Assembly: GCA_963663035.1 (NCBI GenBank)
Contig: OY760074.1
Span: forward strand, 3,456,001-3,520,000
Direction: 5' to 3'
DNA length: 64,000 nucleotides
DNA from: Acidobacteriota bacterium
GTDB lineage: Bacteria > Acidobacteriota > UBA6911 > RPQK01 > JADFOI01
The notes beneath the pieces are model-generated. The model did not search any database, was not told the DNA's origin, and saw only the letters and a list, made by a program, of their open reading frames with translations. Below are positions 9,344 through 19,269 of the stretch, one piece after another (position 1 is the first letter of the stretch; every line of letters begins with the position of its first letter). Position numbers and translations under genes: made by a program.

Positions 9344-10324
9344 CTAGCGGATGAAAGTGTCTTCTTTTCCGAGATTAGCGACAACTTCGCTCAAGGAAAC
9401 CTCCGCTGGGTCCCCCTTCTCGAGCAAGCCAATCTGACGCAAGAATTCTCCGATCTGAGCGTGATCTCTAGGTGTAACCGGTTTGAAAGGAGGGACTGGG
9501 TCTCCGAGATCCAGGCCGAAGTGCTTCATGGCTGATTTCATGATGGGCGGCAGACCATAGGCTGCCCACTTGGCCGGGAACATGGAGTAGAATCGTTGCC
9601 AGTACTGCGCCCGTTCGTGATCTCCCTCGCGGAAGGCCTTAACCACCTGAGCACCGATTCGAGTCCCGGGGGGTGGCATGGTGGCACCGGAGCCGCCCAT
9701 CACCAGCGTCATCAAAAGCGGCTGCATGGTGGTGAAATAAAGAGCGTTCCCGCTTAACTGTATTTCTTCGATCATCCGGGTGATCTTAATGATGTCGCGT
9801 GAACTCTCCTTAAAAGCGGAGACGTTGAAAATGGTACTCAGCTGAATGGTATTTTCCATGTTTGGATCAGCGCCGGGACCTGGATTATGGTAGGCGACGA
9901 TCGGCAAGGGGCTGGCCAGGGCCACCTCGCTAAAGTAATCGACCAACTCCTGCATGGCAGGCTGACCTCCCCAGGGCCGCAGCGGCATCAGGACCTGTAC
10001 CATGTCAGCGTCCAGGCTGGCACAGTATTCGGCCAGCTCAATCACCTTTCCGTGGGCAGGGTGGGAGGCGCCAAGGATCACCGGGATGCGTTTGCCAACC
10101 ATCTCGGTTGCCCGACGCATCAACTCTTTCCGCTCTTCCAGAGACAGGACCGTGTACTCCGCGGCCTCGACTGCGGCGATGGAAATCGCATCGGCGTCCT
10201 CCACGATGAAGTCGATTTCTTTCTCCAGGGCGTGGTAGTCAATGTTTCCCTCCTGGTCAAACGGGGTCAAGCAGGCACCGATGATGCCGTTTATCGAAGG
10301 AAGTGATGGCGGCTGAGTTTTCAT
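9344..10324 (-). CDS. Dihydrodipicolinate synthase/N-acetylneuraminate lyase family aldolase (divergent)
   Basis: LTPFDQEGNID, LSLEERKEL and Schiff-base FKESS motifs; the GxxGE motif is replaced by VEAAE. Confidence 0.8.
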   Translation of the reverse strand: MKTQPPSLPSINGIIGACLTPFDQEGNIDYHALEKEIDFIVEDADAISIAAVEAAEYTVLSLEERKELMRRATEMVGKRIPVILGASHPAHGKVIELAEYCASLDADMVQVLMPLRPWGGQPAMQELVDYFSEVALASPLPIVAYHNPGPGADPNMENTIQLSTIFNVSAFKESSRDIIKITRMIEEIQLSGNALYFTTMQPLLMTLVMGGSGATMPPPGTRIGAQVVKAFREGDHERAQYWQRFYSMFPAKWAAYGLPPIMKSAMKHFGLDLGDPVPPFKPVTPRDHAQIGEFLRQIGLLEKGDPAEVSLSEVVANLGKEDTFIR

Positions 10325-10431
10325 GATTCCTCAAGAACTCTAGAAACCCAGATCCGGTTTGTCAAGGGTCCCCCAATAAGGGTCCCAGCTTCCAGTTCCA
10401 AGTTTAGAATCTGACTTCTGGATTCTTCTTC

Positions 10432-10456
10432 TGTCAGTTGTCAGTTGTCAGTTGTC
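10432..10456. repeat. Heptamer tandem repeat (tgtcagt)n
   Basis: tgtcagt x3 plus a partial unit in a divergent intergenic region. Confidence 0.7.
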
Positions 10457-10496
10457 TATTGCCTGTGGTATTTCTTACCGTGAGGTATAACCTACA

Positions 10497-11501
10497 ATGA
10501 TGAAAATCGATGTCTTTAACCACATTTTAACCCCCAAGTTTAATGAAGAGCGCCTCAAGCACGCGCCCCCTGAGTTGAGTTCGATCCTGGCAGCACGTAT
10601 CAAAAACATCCCTGCCTTGTGGGATCTCGATACGAGATTCAAGATCATGGATATGTTTGAGGATTATGTGCAGGTGCTGACACTGGCCAATCCTCCGCTG
10701 GAGGTGCTTGCGGGGCCGGAGGAGGCCTTGGAACTTGCCCGCATCGGCAACGATGAGATGGCTGAGCTTGTGGCCAAATATCCTGATCGTTTCGTGGCCG
10801 CAGTGGCCTCGATTCCCATGAACAATGTGGATGGGGCTCTGCAAGAGATGGACCGGGCGATCAATGATCTGGGGTTGAAAGGTGTGCAGATTTTTTCGCC
10901 CATGAAGGGGCGTGCCCTCGATCATCCTGACTTCTTACCGGTCTTTGAGAAAATCGCAGGATACGACCTGCCGATTTTGCTTCATCCGGCAAGGAATTTC
11001 CGATTCGCCGATTATCCTGCTGAGGATGAGTCCCAAGTTGCAATCTGGCATATCTTTGGCTGGCCCTACGACACAGCCGCAGCCATGACCCGGCTGGTGC
11101 TTTGGGGAATATTCGACAAGTTTCCGAATCTAAAAATCATTACCCATCATTTGGGTGGTCTCGTACCCTTTACGGAGGGAAGAATCCTGTCGGGATATGA
11201 CAAGCTGGCCAAAACCCCGAAGGGGAAGAGCTTGCTGGATCGACTTGAAAAGCATCCCCATGAGTACTTCCGAATGTTCTATGCAGACACGGTAACCAAT
11301 GGATCACTTGCAGCCCTGGAGTGTGGAGTGGATTTTTTTGGCGCGGATCAGGTCGTGTTTGCTACGGACCATCCTTTTGACTCGGAAGGCGGCGCCGGGT
11401 ATGTTCGCGACACCATCAGTGCTCTAAGCGGGCTGACGGCTTCGGACGAAGACAAGAAGAAGATCTACCAAGAAAATGCGAAGCGCTTGTTCAAGCTGTA
11501 G
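10497..11501 (+). CDS. Amidohydrolase 2 family (ACMSD/LigW-like decarboxylase/hydratase)
   Basis: IDVFNH, ILLHP, THHLGG and FATDHPF motifs. Confidence 0.85.
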   Translation: MMKIDVFNHILTPKFNEERLKHAPPELSSILAARIKNIPALWDLDTRFKIMDMFEDYVQVLTLANPPLEVLAGPEEALELARIGNDEMAELVAKYPDRFVAAVASIPMNNVDGALQEMDRAINDLGLKGVQIFSPMKGRALDHPDFLPVFEKIAGYDLPILLHPARNFRFADYPAEDESQVAIWHIFGWPYDTAAAMTRLVLWGIFDKFPNLKIITHHLGGLVPFTEGRILSGYDKLAKTPKGKSLLDRLEKHPHEYFRMFYADTVTNGSLAALECGVDFFGADQVVFATDHPFDSEGGAGYVRDTISALSGLTASDEDKKKIYQENAKRLFKL

Positions 11502-11531
11502 CCCGAATTTCTCAACCCGAAAGGAAAGCTC

Positions 11532-12971
11532 ATGAGTCCTTCATTGGAATGCGGCGAAGCACAGCTGTTTATTGGAGGGCGCTGGGTAGGCGGAGGGTCC
11601 CCGCTAGAGGTTCGCAACAAGTACAACGGAGAGGTTATCGCCAGCTTGCCGACGGCCCGGGAAGAGGAGGTGGAGGCTTCCATTGCAGCGGCCTGTAAAT
11701 GCGCTCCTGTAATGGCAGCGATGCCGGCCCACAAGAGAAGCGAAGTTCTGGAGCGCACGGCCTTGCTGATTCGAGAGCAGCGTGAGGAGATCGCCCGGAC
11801 CATTGCACTGGAAGCCGGAAAAGCTTTGAAGTTCGCACGCGTTGAGGTGGACCGAGCTGTGAGTACCTTCTCGATTGCCGCACAAGAGGCGGGACGCATT
11901 CACGGAGAAACAGTACCCTTGGACGCTGTGCCAGCCGGAGAGGGTTTCTTTGGTTTTTATGTTCGCCGCCCGGTGGGAGTGGTGGTTGCCATTGGTCCCT
12001 TTAACTTTCCCCTCAACCTGGTAGCCCACAAAGTGGCACCGGCCATTGCGGCTGGCAACAGCGTCGTGCTGAAACCGGCCAGTAGCACGCCAATGACCTC
12101 CGTGATGCTGTGCCGAATTCTGGAAAAGGCGGGACTGCCTGCGGGCGGCATCAATCTGGTGGTTGGATCGGGGAGCACGGTGGGAGAGTGGCTGGTGCGT
12201 GATCCCCGGGTGGCAAAGGTGACATTCACGGGCAGCCCGGAAGTGGGAGAACGGATCACACAGATAGCAGGGATCAAGAAAATCACTCTTGAACTGGGCA
12301 ACACCTCGCCCGTGATTGTGGCTTCTGATGCTGATCTGGACTTAGTGGCAAAGCGCTGTGCCGTGGGCGCCTATTATAATTCAGGTCAGGTGTGCCTGTC
12401 GGTACAACGGATTTACGGCGACCGGGCGATTTTTGAGCCTTTCACGGAAAAATTCGTGGAATCCAGCCAGGCGATGGTGGTCGGTGATCCCCTGGATGAG
12501 GCGGTCGACGTGGGACCCATGATCGACCAAGGCGAGGCTGAGCGAATCGAGGGTTGGGTTGCTGAGGCCACCGAAGGTGGCGCGGAGGTCTTGACGGGGG
12601 GACGGCGCGAAGGGTCCGTTTACTGGCCCACGGTCCTGACGAATGTGAAGCCGGAAATGAAGGTGGTCAAGGAAGAAACGTTTGCTCCAGTCGCCAGCTT
12701 GATCCCTTACGATGACTTCGAGGAAGCGCTTCGCCAGGCGGATGCCACCGAATACGGGCTGCAGGCCGCAGTCTTTACCCAGGATGTCGGCCGCGTGTTC
12801 CAGGCTATCCGAAGCCTGAACTTCGGTGGGGTGATTATCAACGACACGCCCACCTTTCGCGCCGATCATATGCCCTACGGAGGCCTTGGCCGAAGTGGAA
12901 TCGGCCGAGAGGGATTGCGCTATGCTGTGGAAGAGATGACCAACATTCAGATGGTGGCAATTCGCTGTTGA
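11532..12971 (+). CDS. NAD(P)-dependent aldehyde dehydrogenase
   Basis: PFNFP, FTGS, LELG, GQVC (catalytic Cys) and EETFAP motifs. Confidence 0.92.
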   Translation: MSPSLECGEAQLFIGGRWVGGGSPLEVRNKYNGEVIASLPTAREEEVEASIAAACKCAPVMAAMPAHKRSEVLERTALLIREQREEIARTIALEAGKALKFARVEVDRAVSTFSIAAQEAGRIHGETVPLDAVPAGEGFFGFYVRRPVGVVVAIGPFNFPLNLVAHKVAPAIAAGNSVVLKPASSTPMTSVMLCRILEKAGLPAGGINLVVGSGSTVGEWLVRDPRVAKVTFTGSPEVGERITQIAGIKKITLELGNTSPVIVASDADLDLVAKRCAVGAYYNSGQVCLSVQRIYGDRAIFEPFTEKFVESSQAMVVGDPLDEAVDVGPMIDQGEAERIEGWVAEATEGGAEVLTGGRREGSVYWPTVLTNVKPEMKVVKEETFAPVASLIPYDDFEEALRQADATEYGLQAAVFTQDVGRVFQAIRSLNFGGVIINDTPTFRADHMPYGGLGRSGIGREGLRYAVEEMTNIQMVAIRC

Positions 12972-13061
12972 GGTGTGAAGACAGGGAAACTATGCTATCC
13001 TTGGGCCCAACAATGACCGTTGATTCCGAGATGGTGTGTGGTAGTAGGAGGAGGGGGTCCG

Positions 13062-13778
13062 ATGTATAAGACTCTATTTAAAGCTTTTCTGATGCTGAGC
13101 TTGGCAACGGTTCATGTGGTTCAAGGCTATGCCCAGGACCAGATGACGACCGTAACCTTAGCTTCTCCCCAGGCCATGCCGGGAAATAGAACCTACGTGA
13201 CCTCCCTGCTCACCAATTCAGCAGAAATCTCAGTCTATCACCTCCAGCATCGGCTTGAGTTTCCGCAAGATAAACTGACCCTTGTCAGCACGCGACTCGG
13301 CATCGCTGCGAATCTCGCCAATGCGGTTCTGACGGTGGAGCTCCAGGAAGAGGCAGGATCCGATGAGGGCATGCCGGAAGCAAGATCGGGGGATGAGGCC
13401 CTCTCAGAGGGTGAAAGATCAGAGGGTGAAGGAATGATCGCTGAAGGTGAAGCGATGGTCGCGGAAGGTGAGGCGCTGATCGCAGCGGGTAAGGCGATTT
13501 TAGGGGTACCGGCGGAAGCGAGTGATGGTGAGACCGCGGTCCTTATCCTGACGATAAAAGGGGACCAGGCCTTTCCCGACGGTCCGATTGTGGAGGTCAC
13601 TTTTGATGTGGCACATATCGTGCCTCAGACCATTGTCTTGCCCCACCAGCTGGAAGCCTTCGATGAGCAGGGGGAGAAGATTTCAGATGTCGTCTTTTCC
13701 GACGCAGAACTGCACGTCTCTGCTGATCAGCCTGACCTGCCTCCCGCCATTTTCGCCTGCCTTTTCTATATGCACTAG
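13062..13778 (+). CDS. Secreted cohesin-like beta-sandwich protein with C-terminal CLFYMH
   Basis: ATG 13062 preceded by a ggagg RBS; signal peptide ending GYA-Q; cohesin-like pattern (FPDGPIVEVTF); fold assignment is inferred. Confidence 0.5.
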   Translation: MYKTLFKAFLMLSLATVHVVQGYAQDQMTTVTLASPQAMPGNRTYVTSLLTNSAEISVYHLQHRLEFPQDKLTLVSTRLGIAANLANAVLTVELQEEAGSDEGMPEARSGDEALSEGERSEGEGMIAEGEAMVAEGEALIAAGKAILGVPAEASDGETAVLILTIKGDQAFPDGPIVEVTFDVAHIVPQTIVLPHQLEAFDEQGEKISDVVFSDAELHVSADQPDLPPAIFACLFYMH

Positions 13779-13783
13779 GCTCT

Positions 13784-14776
13784 TTAGATCTTAAATGAGT
13801 CCAGGGTGTTGGGTGCAAAAAGAGTGTCAAAGGGAGGAGCTTCTTCAATCATTCCCTGCTCGACAGCATAGCGGGATAGGATCTCGACCGTTTCCCGGTT
13901 GTGATCGACTCCATTGGCCCAGGCTTGAGCTCCCAGAAGTGCCCGTTCCTCCTCCAGGTATTGCTGCAGCCAGGCCAGCTGGTAGCGCACTGCCGGAGCG
14001 CCGTAAACCCCAGCCAATGAGAGCTCTTGAGCCTCATTGAAAGCTTTATAAAGGCTCCCCGCCAGCCAGGGATGCGCATCGTAAAGCGCTTGGCGGATAG
14101 CCACCGTGTGCATGATGGGAAAAATGCCTGTGCGTCGAAAGTAATCTTTCTCGACTTCCATAGGATTTTCGAATAGACGCTTCACCTGCGGCGAGCGCCG
14201 TAAGAAGGGTGACGGTGTCCTGGCTGCAATGACGGCATCCAGTTCTCCCTCTTCCAGCATAGAGCTCAAGGTTTTGTCACTGGGAATCCGCTCCACCTGA
14301 ATCTCGGGGGGAAGCTGGAGAGGTATTCGCTCCTCACGTCCGGGCCTTTCCTGGCCCCCAGTGTACCAATGTACATCAGAAGCTCTTACCCCATGGTCAT
14401 CGGAGAGAATGCCTTTGACCCAAACAATGGCCGTCATCTGGTACTCCCCGACTCCCACGCGACGTCCTTTCAGATCCTCTGGCTTTTCAATGTCGGCAGC
14501 GCTGTTGACATAGAGAGCGGAATGTCGAAACATTCGTGAGGGAAAAACCGGAATGGCTATAAAGTCCTCTCTGCCCTGGGCTCGGCTGGTGATATAGGAG
14601 GCAAGTGACAGCTCAGAGACGTCGAACTCTTGATGGCGCACCATGCGAAAGAAGAGCTCCTCGGGTTCCAGTGGCACAAAGGTCAAGTTCACACCTTCAG
14701 GCTGGACACGACCGTCCTTGAGTGCCGCCACCCGGTCGTAATCTCCACAGGCCAGTGTTACTCTAAGTCTGCCCAT
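13784..14776 (-). CDS. 4,5-dihydroxyphthalate decarboxylase-like / PBP2-fold protein
   Basis: LACGDYDR, FDVSELS, PVFPSRMFRHS and GIFPIMH motifs. Confidence 0.8.
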   Translation of the reverse strand: MGRLRVTLACGDYDRVAALKDGRVQPEGVNLTFVPLEPEELFFRMVRHQEFDVSELSLASYITSRAQGREDFIAIPVFPSRMFRHSALYVNSAADIEKPEDLKGRRVGVGEYQMTAIVWVKGILSDDHGVRASDVHWYTGGQERPGREERIPLQLPPEIQVERIPSDKTLSSMLEEGELDAVIAARTPSPFLRRSPQVKRLFENPMEVEKDYFRRTGIFPIMHTVAIRQALYDAHPWLAGSLYKAFNEAQELSLAGVYGAPAVRYQLAWLQQYLEEERALLGAQAWANGVDHNRETVEILSRYAVEQGMIEEAPPFDTLFAPNTLDSFKI

Positions 14777-14871
14777 CGACCGCTCCTTTGCTCTTGAGCT
14801 CCTCAGATAGATTCTCGGGAAGAAGCAAGATCATAGAATCGGGCCTGTGAATTGTCAACTTGAAGGAAAGA

Positions 14872-14919
14872 GCCAAGGGCTTGTTCGTCAGTCTGGCCAA
14901 GGGCTTGTTCGTCAGTCTG
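14872..14919. repeat. Exact 24-bp tandem duplication in a divergent promoter region
   Basis: gccaagggcttgttcgtcagtctg x2. Confidence 0.9.
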
Positions 14920-14954
14920 ATAGTGATATACTGTAAGTCTGATGAGGGTTGTAG

Positions 14955-16583
14955 ATGCAAAATAGACTGGGCACTTTTTTGACTATTACCGTTCTTACAG
15001 CTGCACTGCTGGGAGGGTGGTTAGGTGGACCACTGGGTGCCAGTCCACCTTCGGAAGCTGACACCGATCGGTTGCTCAAGATGTTCTCAGAGGCACTGGC
15101 GGTGATTCGAGAGCACTATGTGGAGCCGATTCCCACCGAAGAACTGGTGGAAAGCGCCGTGCGAGGCATGCTGCGAACTCTGGATCCCCATAGCTCTTTT
15201 TTCAGCACTTCTGACTACAATAAGCTTCAAGAGGAACAACGAGGAAGATATTACGGCTTGGGGATCAGTATCCGTGCAGAGTCTCCGGGAAGCGGCAGGG
15301 TAGTGGTCACGGAACCTCCTGCTCTTGGAACTCCAGCCTATAAGGTTGGATTAAGAGCTGGGGATACTATCTCCAAGATCGAAGGTGAGCCAATCGGTGA
15401 CTGGGATCTCAATGACGAGGTTATCCCCCATTTGAAAGGTCCCAAGGGGACAGAAGTCAATATCACGGTTGAACGTCCCGGAGAAACAGAACCGCTCGAA
15501 CTCACCGTGGTACGTGACGAGATCCCCATGTATACCATCAAATACGTCTTCCGTATTGGCGATGACATTGGCTACGTCAGAATCGAGAGATTTTCGGAAA
15601 CAACCGGGAAGGAGCTGACCGAGTCTCTGGAGAAGTTGGACGAGAAAAGCTTAAAGGGGTTGATCCTGGATCTGCGTAACAATCCAGGTGGTGCCCTGAA
15701 CCAGGCTTTGGCCGTTTCGGATCGCTTTTTGGGCAACGGCCAGGTCATTGTGGTGACCAAGGACAGGCATGGCGAAGGACGGGAGTTTCGTACTCAACAG
15801 GGAACTGAGTACGATTATCCAATGGTCGTCTTGATCAACGAAAGTAGTGCCAGCGCAAGCGAGATCGTATCCGGAGCCTTGCAGGATCACGATCGAGCCC
15901 TTATCGTTGGTGAAACGAGTTTTGGCAAAGCCCTGGTGCAGACCATCTACCCCTTGGAAGGCAATAGGGGGCTGGCGTTGACGACTGGGCGATACTACAC
16001 ACCGAGTAACCGGTTGATCCAACGCGATTACTCCAGTAGTTTCTACGACTATTTATATAGCCGTCAAGATACAACTCAAACCGGAACTGAGGCCCATTTC
16101 ACCGACAGTGGGCGAACCGTGTTCGCAGGCGGAGGAATCACGCCTGACGAGAAAGTTGGCCTGGGAAGCTCCACTAAGCTGGTGACAGTGATTGAGCGAG
16201 AGAGATTGTTTTCTGAGTTTGTGGATGAACTGATACAAGGGAAGATCCAATCCGACATCCGTTATCAGTTCAGCTCTGAAGAACGCATTAATTTGACGGC
16301 TGAAGAGCGGGAACAGCTCATACCGCAGCTGGTGATATCGGATGAAACCCTTCGGCTCTTTAAGAATTTCTTGCACAGCCACCAGGTGGACTTGACTGAC
16401 CAGAGTTTTGAAGAGAGCAGCCGCTTGATTGAAAATAGACTGAAGCAGCAGCTGTTTCTAGTCCTGTTGGGTCTTGAAGAGAGCGAAAGGGTTTCTCTCG
16501 AGGTCGATCAACAGGTGCTCAAAGCCATCGAGCTTCTCCCCGAGGCTACCGCCTTGATTCAGAATAACCTTGTGAAACACTAA
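14955..16583 (+). CDS. ctpA: S41 C-terminal processing peptidase
   Basis: LDPHS, PDZ domain, DLRNNPGG, SASASEIV and GETSFGK motifs. Confidence 0.9.
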   Translation: MQNRLGTFLTITVLTAALLGGWLGGPLGASPPSEADTDRLLKMFSEALAVIREHYVEPIPTEELVESAVRGMLRTLDPHSSFFSTSDYNKLQEEQRGRYYGLGISIRAESPGSGRVVVTEPPALGTPAYKVGLRAGDTISKIEGEPIGDWDLNDEVIPHLKGPKGTEVNITVERPGETEPLELTVVRDEIPMYTIKYVFRIGDDIGYVRIERFSETTGKELTESLEKLDEKSLKGLILDLRNNPGGALNQALAVSDRFLGNGQVIVVTKDRHGEGREFRTQQGTEYDYPMVVLINESSASASEIVSGALQDHDRALIVGETSFGKALVQTIYPLEGNRGLALTTGRYYTPSNRLIQRDYSSSFYDYLYSRQDTTQTGTEAHFTDSGRTVFAGGGITPDEKVGLGSSTKLVTVIERERLFSEFVDELIQGKIQSDIRYQFSSEERINLTAEEREQLIPQLVISDETLRLFKNFLHSHQVDLTDQSFEESSRLIENRLKQQLFLVLLGLEESERVSLEVDQQVLKAIELLPEATALIQNNLVKH

Positions 16584-16621
16584 TCTGAACCCGTGAATTC
16601 CATTATTTAACGTGGGGTAGT

Positions 16622-18352
16622 GTGCATCTGTACAGGCGAAGGCTAATACAAGTACTGGGTGTTTGTGGGTTGTTCCTGCTTCCGGCTTGTGCTTCGAAGC
16701 GGAATGTCCCAACTCAGGTGATGAACCGAGAGGCTGACCAGCTGAGTCCACCGGTTGCTCCGATACCGCCGCCGGACTCGTGGACAGTTGAGGTTTCACC
16801 TGTTCCCGTTGTAGAGCCGGAAGATCCCATCGATCTGCTGATGGAAAGGGCAAGAGGCTTCCTTGAGAGGGGAGAAAGACTTTTTGGTGAGGGAGCGGTC
16901 GAAGAGGCCCGTCTGCTCTTTCAGCAAGCTCTAGACACCCTCAAGCATTCAGGCTTCGAATTCTTTCTGAATCCTCATCTGGAAAGCGCCTACTATGATT
17001 TATTAGGGGATATCCAGGAGCTGGAGCTTCAAGCCTTGGTCGATCCGGCAGAGATACAGCTTCTGAGTCTTGTGTCAACTCCCTCAGACGAGATTACCGA
17101 CCTCAATTTCTTTACCATCCAAGTTGATCCTCACTTGAAAGAACTGGTTAGCCAGGACCTTCTCGAGACTCGCTTTGATATCCCTGTGGTGTTGAATGAC
17201 GATGTGGTCAGATTGCTGAATTTCTATCAGAACCGTGGCCGCGACATTATGGAAGAGGGCTTGAAGCGCGCGGGGAAATATGTGCCGCTTTTTCGTGAGA
17301 TCTTTCAAAGGGAAGGAGTCCCGCTCGATTTGGTTTACATGGCTCATGTGGAGAGCCACTTTAAACCCAACGCCTACTCTCGAGCCAAGGCCAGGGGAAG
17401 TTGGCAGTTCATGCTGGGAACGGCGAAAGTGTACGGTCTCCGACAGGATTGGTGGATTGACGAACGCTCCGATCTCATTAAGTCCACCGAAGCAGCTGCC
17501 CGCCATCTCACCGATCTGTATGAGCGCTTCGGGGACTGGAATCTGGCCATGGCAGCTTACAATGTGGGTTCCAGTCGAATTGACAGGATCAAAAGGCGCT
17601 ATGGGAATATTGACTATTGGACCATGATCAGGAGGAGAATGCTTCCCCGAGAGACCAGACTTTTCGTTCCCTCAATTCTTGCCACTATTATCATATTTAG
17701 AAATCCGGAACGGTACGGTTTTTGGATCGAGCCAGATAGTCCGCTGCAGTTTGAAACAGTGAGTCTTGAAGAACAAGTCGCTGTGCAGACTGCAGCCGAA
17801 GAACTCGGTGTTCCGGTAGCTACCTTGTTCGAATTAAACCCCGAGTTGAGGCGGGGGATCACCCCATTTGCTTATAGAGATTACCAGTTCAAGGTACCCT
17901 TGGGGACAGGTAACCTTCTCAACGAGCGCTTGGCGGCTATGCCCGAGGAGAGAAAGCTGCAATTCCGACATCACAGGGTTCTACGTGGGGAAACGCTCGG
18001 TCTGATCTCCCAAGCATACTCTTCCTCGATTCAAGCGATTGCCCAGGTGAATCAGATCCGAAACATTCACAGGCTCCAGGAAGGTCAAGATTTACTCATT
18101 CCCTTGCCCACTTCCGTTTCGGGAGGCAGGGGGACTGTGCCCGCGTCCCCGCTGCCGGACACTTACACTGTGCGACGGGGAGATTCACTCTCGAGAATCG
18201 CTCTCCTGTACCGGGTCACCGTCGCAAATCTCTTGCTCTGGAATAATCTCAGGCCAAATGAACTGATCTATCCCGGGCAGAGAATTCGACTCCTGGCTCC
18301 GCCAGATTCGGTCGCTCAGGGCTCCCCTCAGGAAACATCTGGAGATCGGTGA
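16622..18352 (+). CDS. mltD: Membrane-bound lytic transglycosylase with LysM domains (lipoprotein)
   Basis: Lipobox LPAC; VES, WQFM and AAYN SLT motifs; two C-terminal LysM repeats. Confidence 0.85.
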   Translation: MHLYRRRLIQVLGVCGLFLLPACASKRNVPTQVMNREADQLSPPVAPIPPPDSWTVEVSPVPVVEPEDPIDLLMERARGFLERGERLFGEGAVEEARLLFQQALDTLKHSGFEFFLNPHLESAYYDLLGDIQELELQALVDPAEIQLLSLVSTPSDEITDLNFFTIQVDPHLKELVSQDLLETRFDIPVVLNDDVVRLLNFYQNRGRDIMEEGLKRAGKYVPLFREIFQREGVPLDLVYMAHVESHFKPNAYSRAKARGSWQFMLGTAKVYGLRQDWWIDERSDLIKSTEAAARHLTDLYERFGDWNLAMAAYNVGSSRIDRIKRRYGNIDYWTMIRRRMLPRETRLFVPSILATIIIFRNPERYGFWIEPDSPLQFETVSLEEQVAVQTAAEELGVPVATLFELNPELRRGITPFAYRDYQFKVPLGTGNLLNERLAAMPEERKLQFRHHRVLRGETLGLISQAYSSSIQAIAQVNQIRNIHRLQEGQDLLIPLPTSVSGGRGTVPASPLPDTYTVRRGDSLSRIALLYRVTVANLLLWNNLRPNELIYPGQRIRLLAPPDSVAQGSPQETSGDR

Positions 18353-19269
18353 GATTCTGCAGCTTTTCCCATGAGAGTAAGACCCGTTTTGGGTTTGAAC
18401 TCCAGCAGGGAAAGATTGTGGATCTGCTCGAGGCTGGAAGAGCGCTTGCAGCCAGAGGAGAGTTTTCCTCGCCCGAGAATGAGCTCTTTGACTCCCCAGA
18501 TCTGAAGGCCTGGCTGGCGCCTGGAAGAATCGCTCTGGAAGTTGCACAGAGGATTCGTGAACTGCTCAGGGAAGGCTCAGAAGTTGCGAAACTGGCTGTC
18601 TACGATAGAGAGGAAATCCGGTTCCTGCCGCCCATCCCGAATCCCCAGAAAATCATTGCCATTGGTCTGAACTACCGGGATCACGCTCAGGAACAGAACC
18701 TTCCTCTTCCCCCCAATCCTCTGATATTTGCCAAGTTTCCCAGCAGTCTGATCGGTGCCGAGGATGAGATCAGACTTCCGACCATCAGTCAAAAAGTGGA
18801 TCCGGAAGCTGAGCTGTGCGTGGTGATGTTGGAGAGTGGGAAAGAACTCTCCCCCAAGAGAGCGCGTCAGGGCATAGCTGGTTATACCATTGGAAATGAC
18901 GTCAGTGCCCGGGATCTCCAATTCTCCGACAAGCAGTGGGTTCGGGGGAAGTCATGTGACACCTTTGCTCCTTGCGGTCCTTTTCTTGTCACGGAAGATG
19001 AAATCGGAGATCCTCATCAGCTGGACATTGAGCTCCGTGTGAATGGAAAGGTACAACAGTCCTCTAACACGGGAAATCTGATCTTCGATTGCTACACGTT
19101 GGTTTCTTATATTTCACAGACCATCACCTTGAATACGGGTGATCTGATTTTTACGGGTACACCAGGGGGAGTCGGTGTGTTTCGCAAGCCGCCGGTGTTT
19201 CTCAAGGCGGGAGATGTGGTGGAAGTATCGATCGAAAACATTGGAACGTTGAGGAACCCGGTTAGATAG
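18349..19269 (+). CDS. Fumarylacetoacetate hydrolase family protein
   Basis: IGLNYRDH, EAEL, NDVSARD and TGTPGGVG motifs. Confidence 0.9.
   Translation: MRFCSFSHESKTRFGFELQQGKIVDLLEAGRALAARGEFSSPENELFDSPDLKAWLAPGRIALEVAQRIRELLREGSEVAKLAVYDREEIRFLPPIPNPQKIIAIGLNYRDHAQEQNLPLPPNPLIFAKFPSSLIGAEDEIRLPTISQKVDPEAELCVVMLESGKELSPKRARQGIAGYTIGNDVSARDLQFSDKQWVRGKSCDTFAPCGPFLVTEDEIGDPHQLDIELRVNGKVQQSSNTGNLIFDCYTLVSYISQTITLNTGDLIFTGTPGGVGVFRKPPVFLKAGDVVEVSIENIGTLRNPVR

Noticed and set aside
12969-13020. Possible Sec readthrough at other TGA stops (aldehyde dehydrogenase, amidohydrolase 3)
   Set aside because: These proteins are already complete, and I saw no family-like sequence after the stops.
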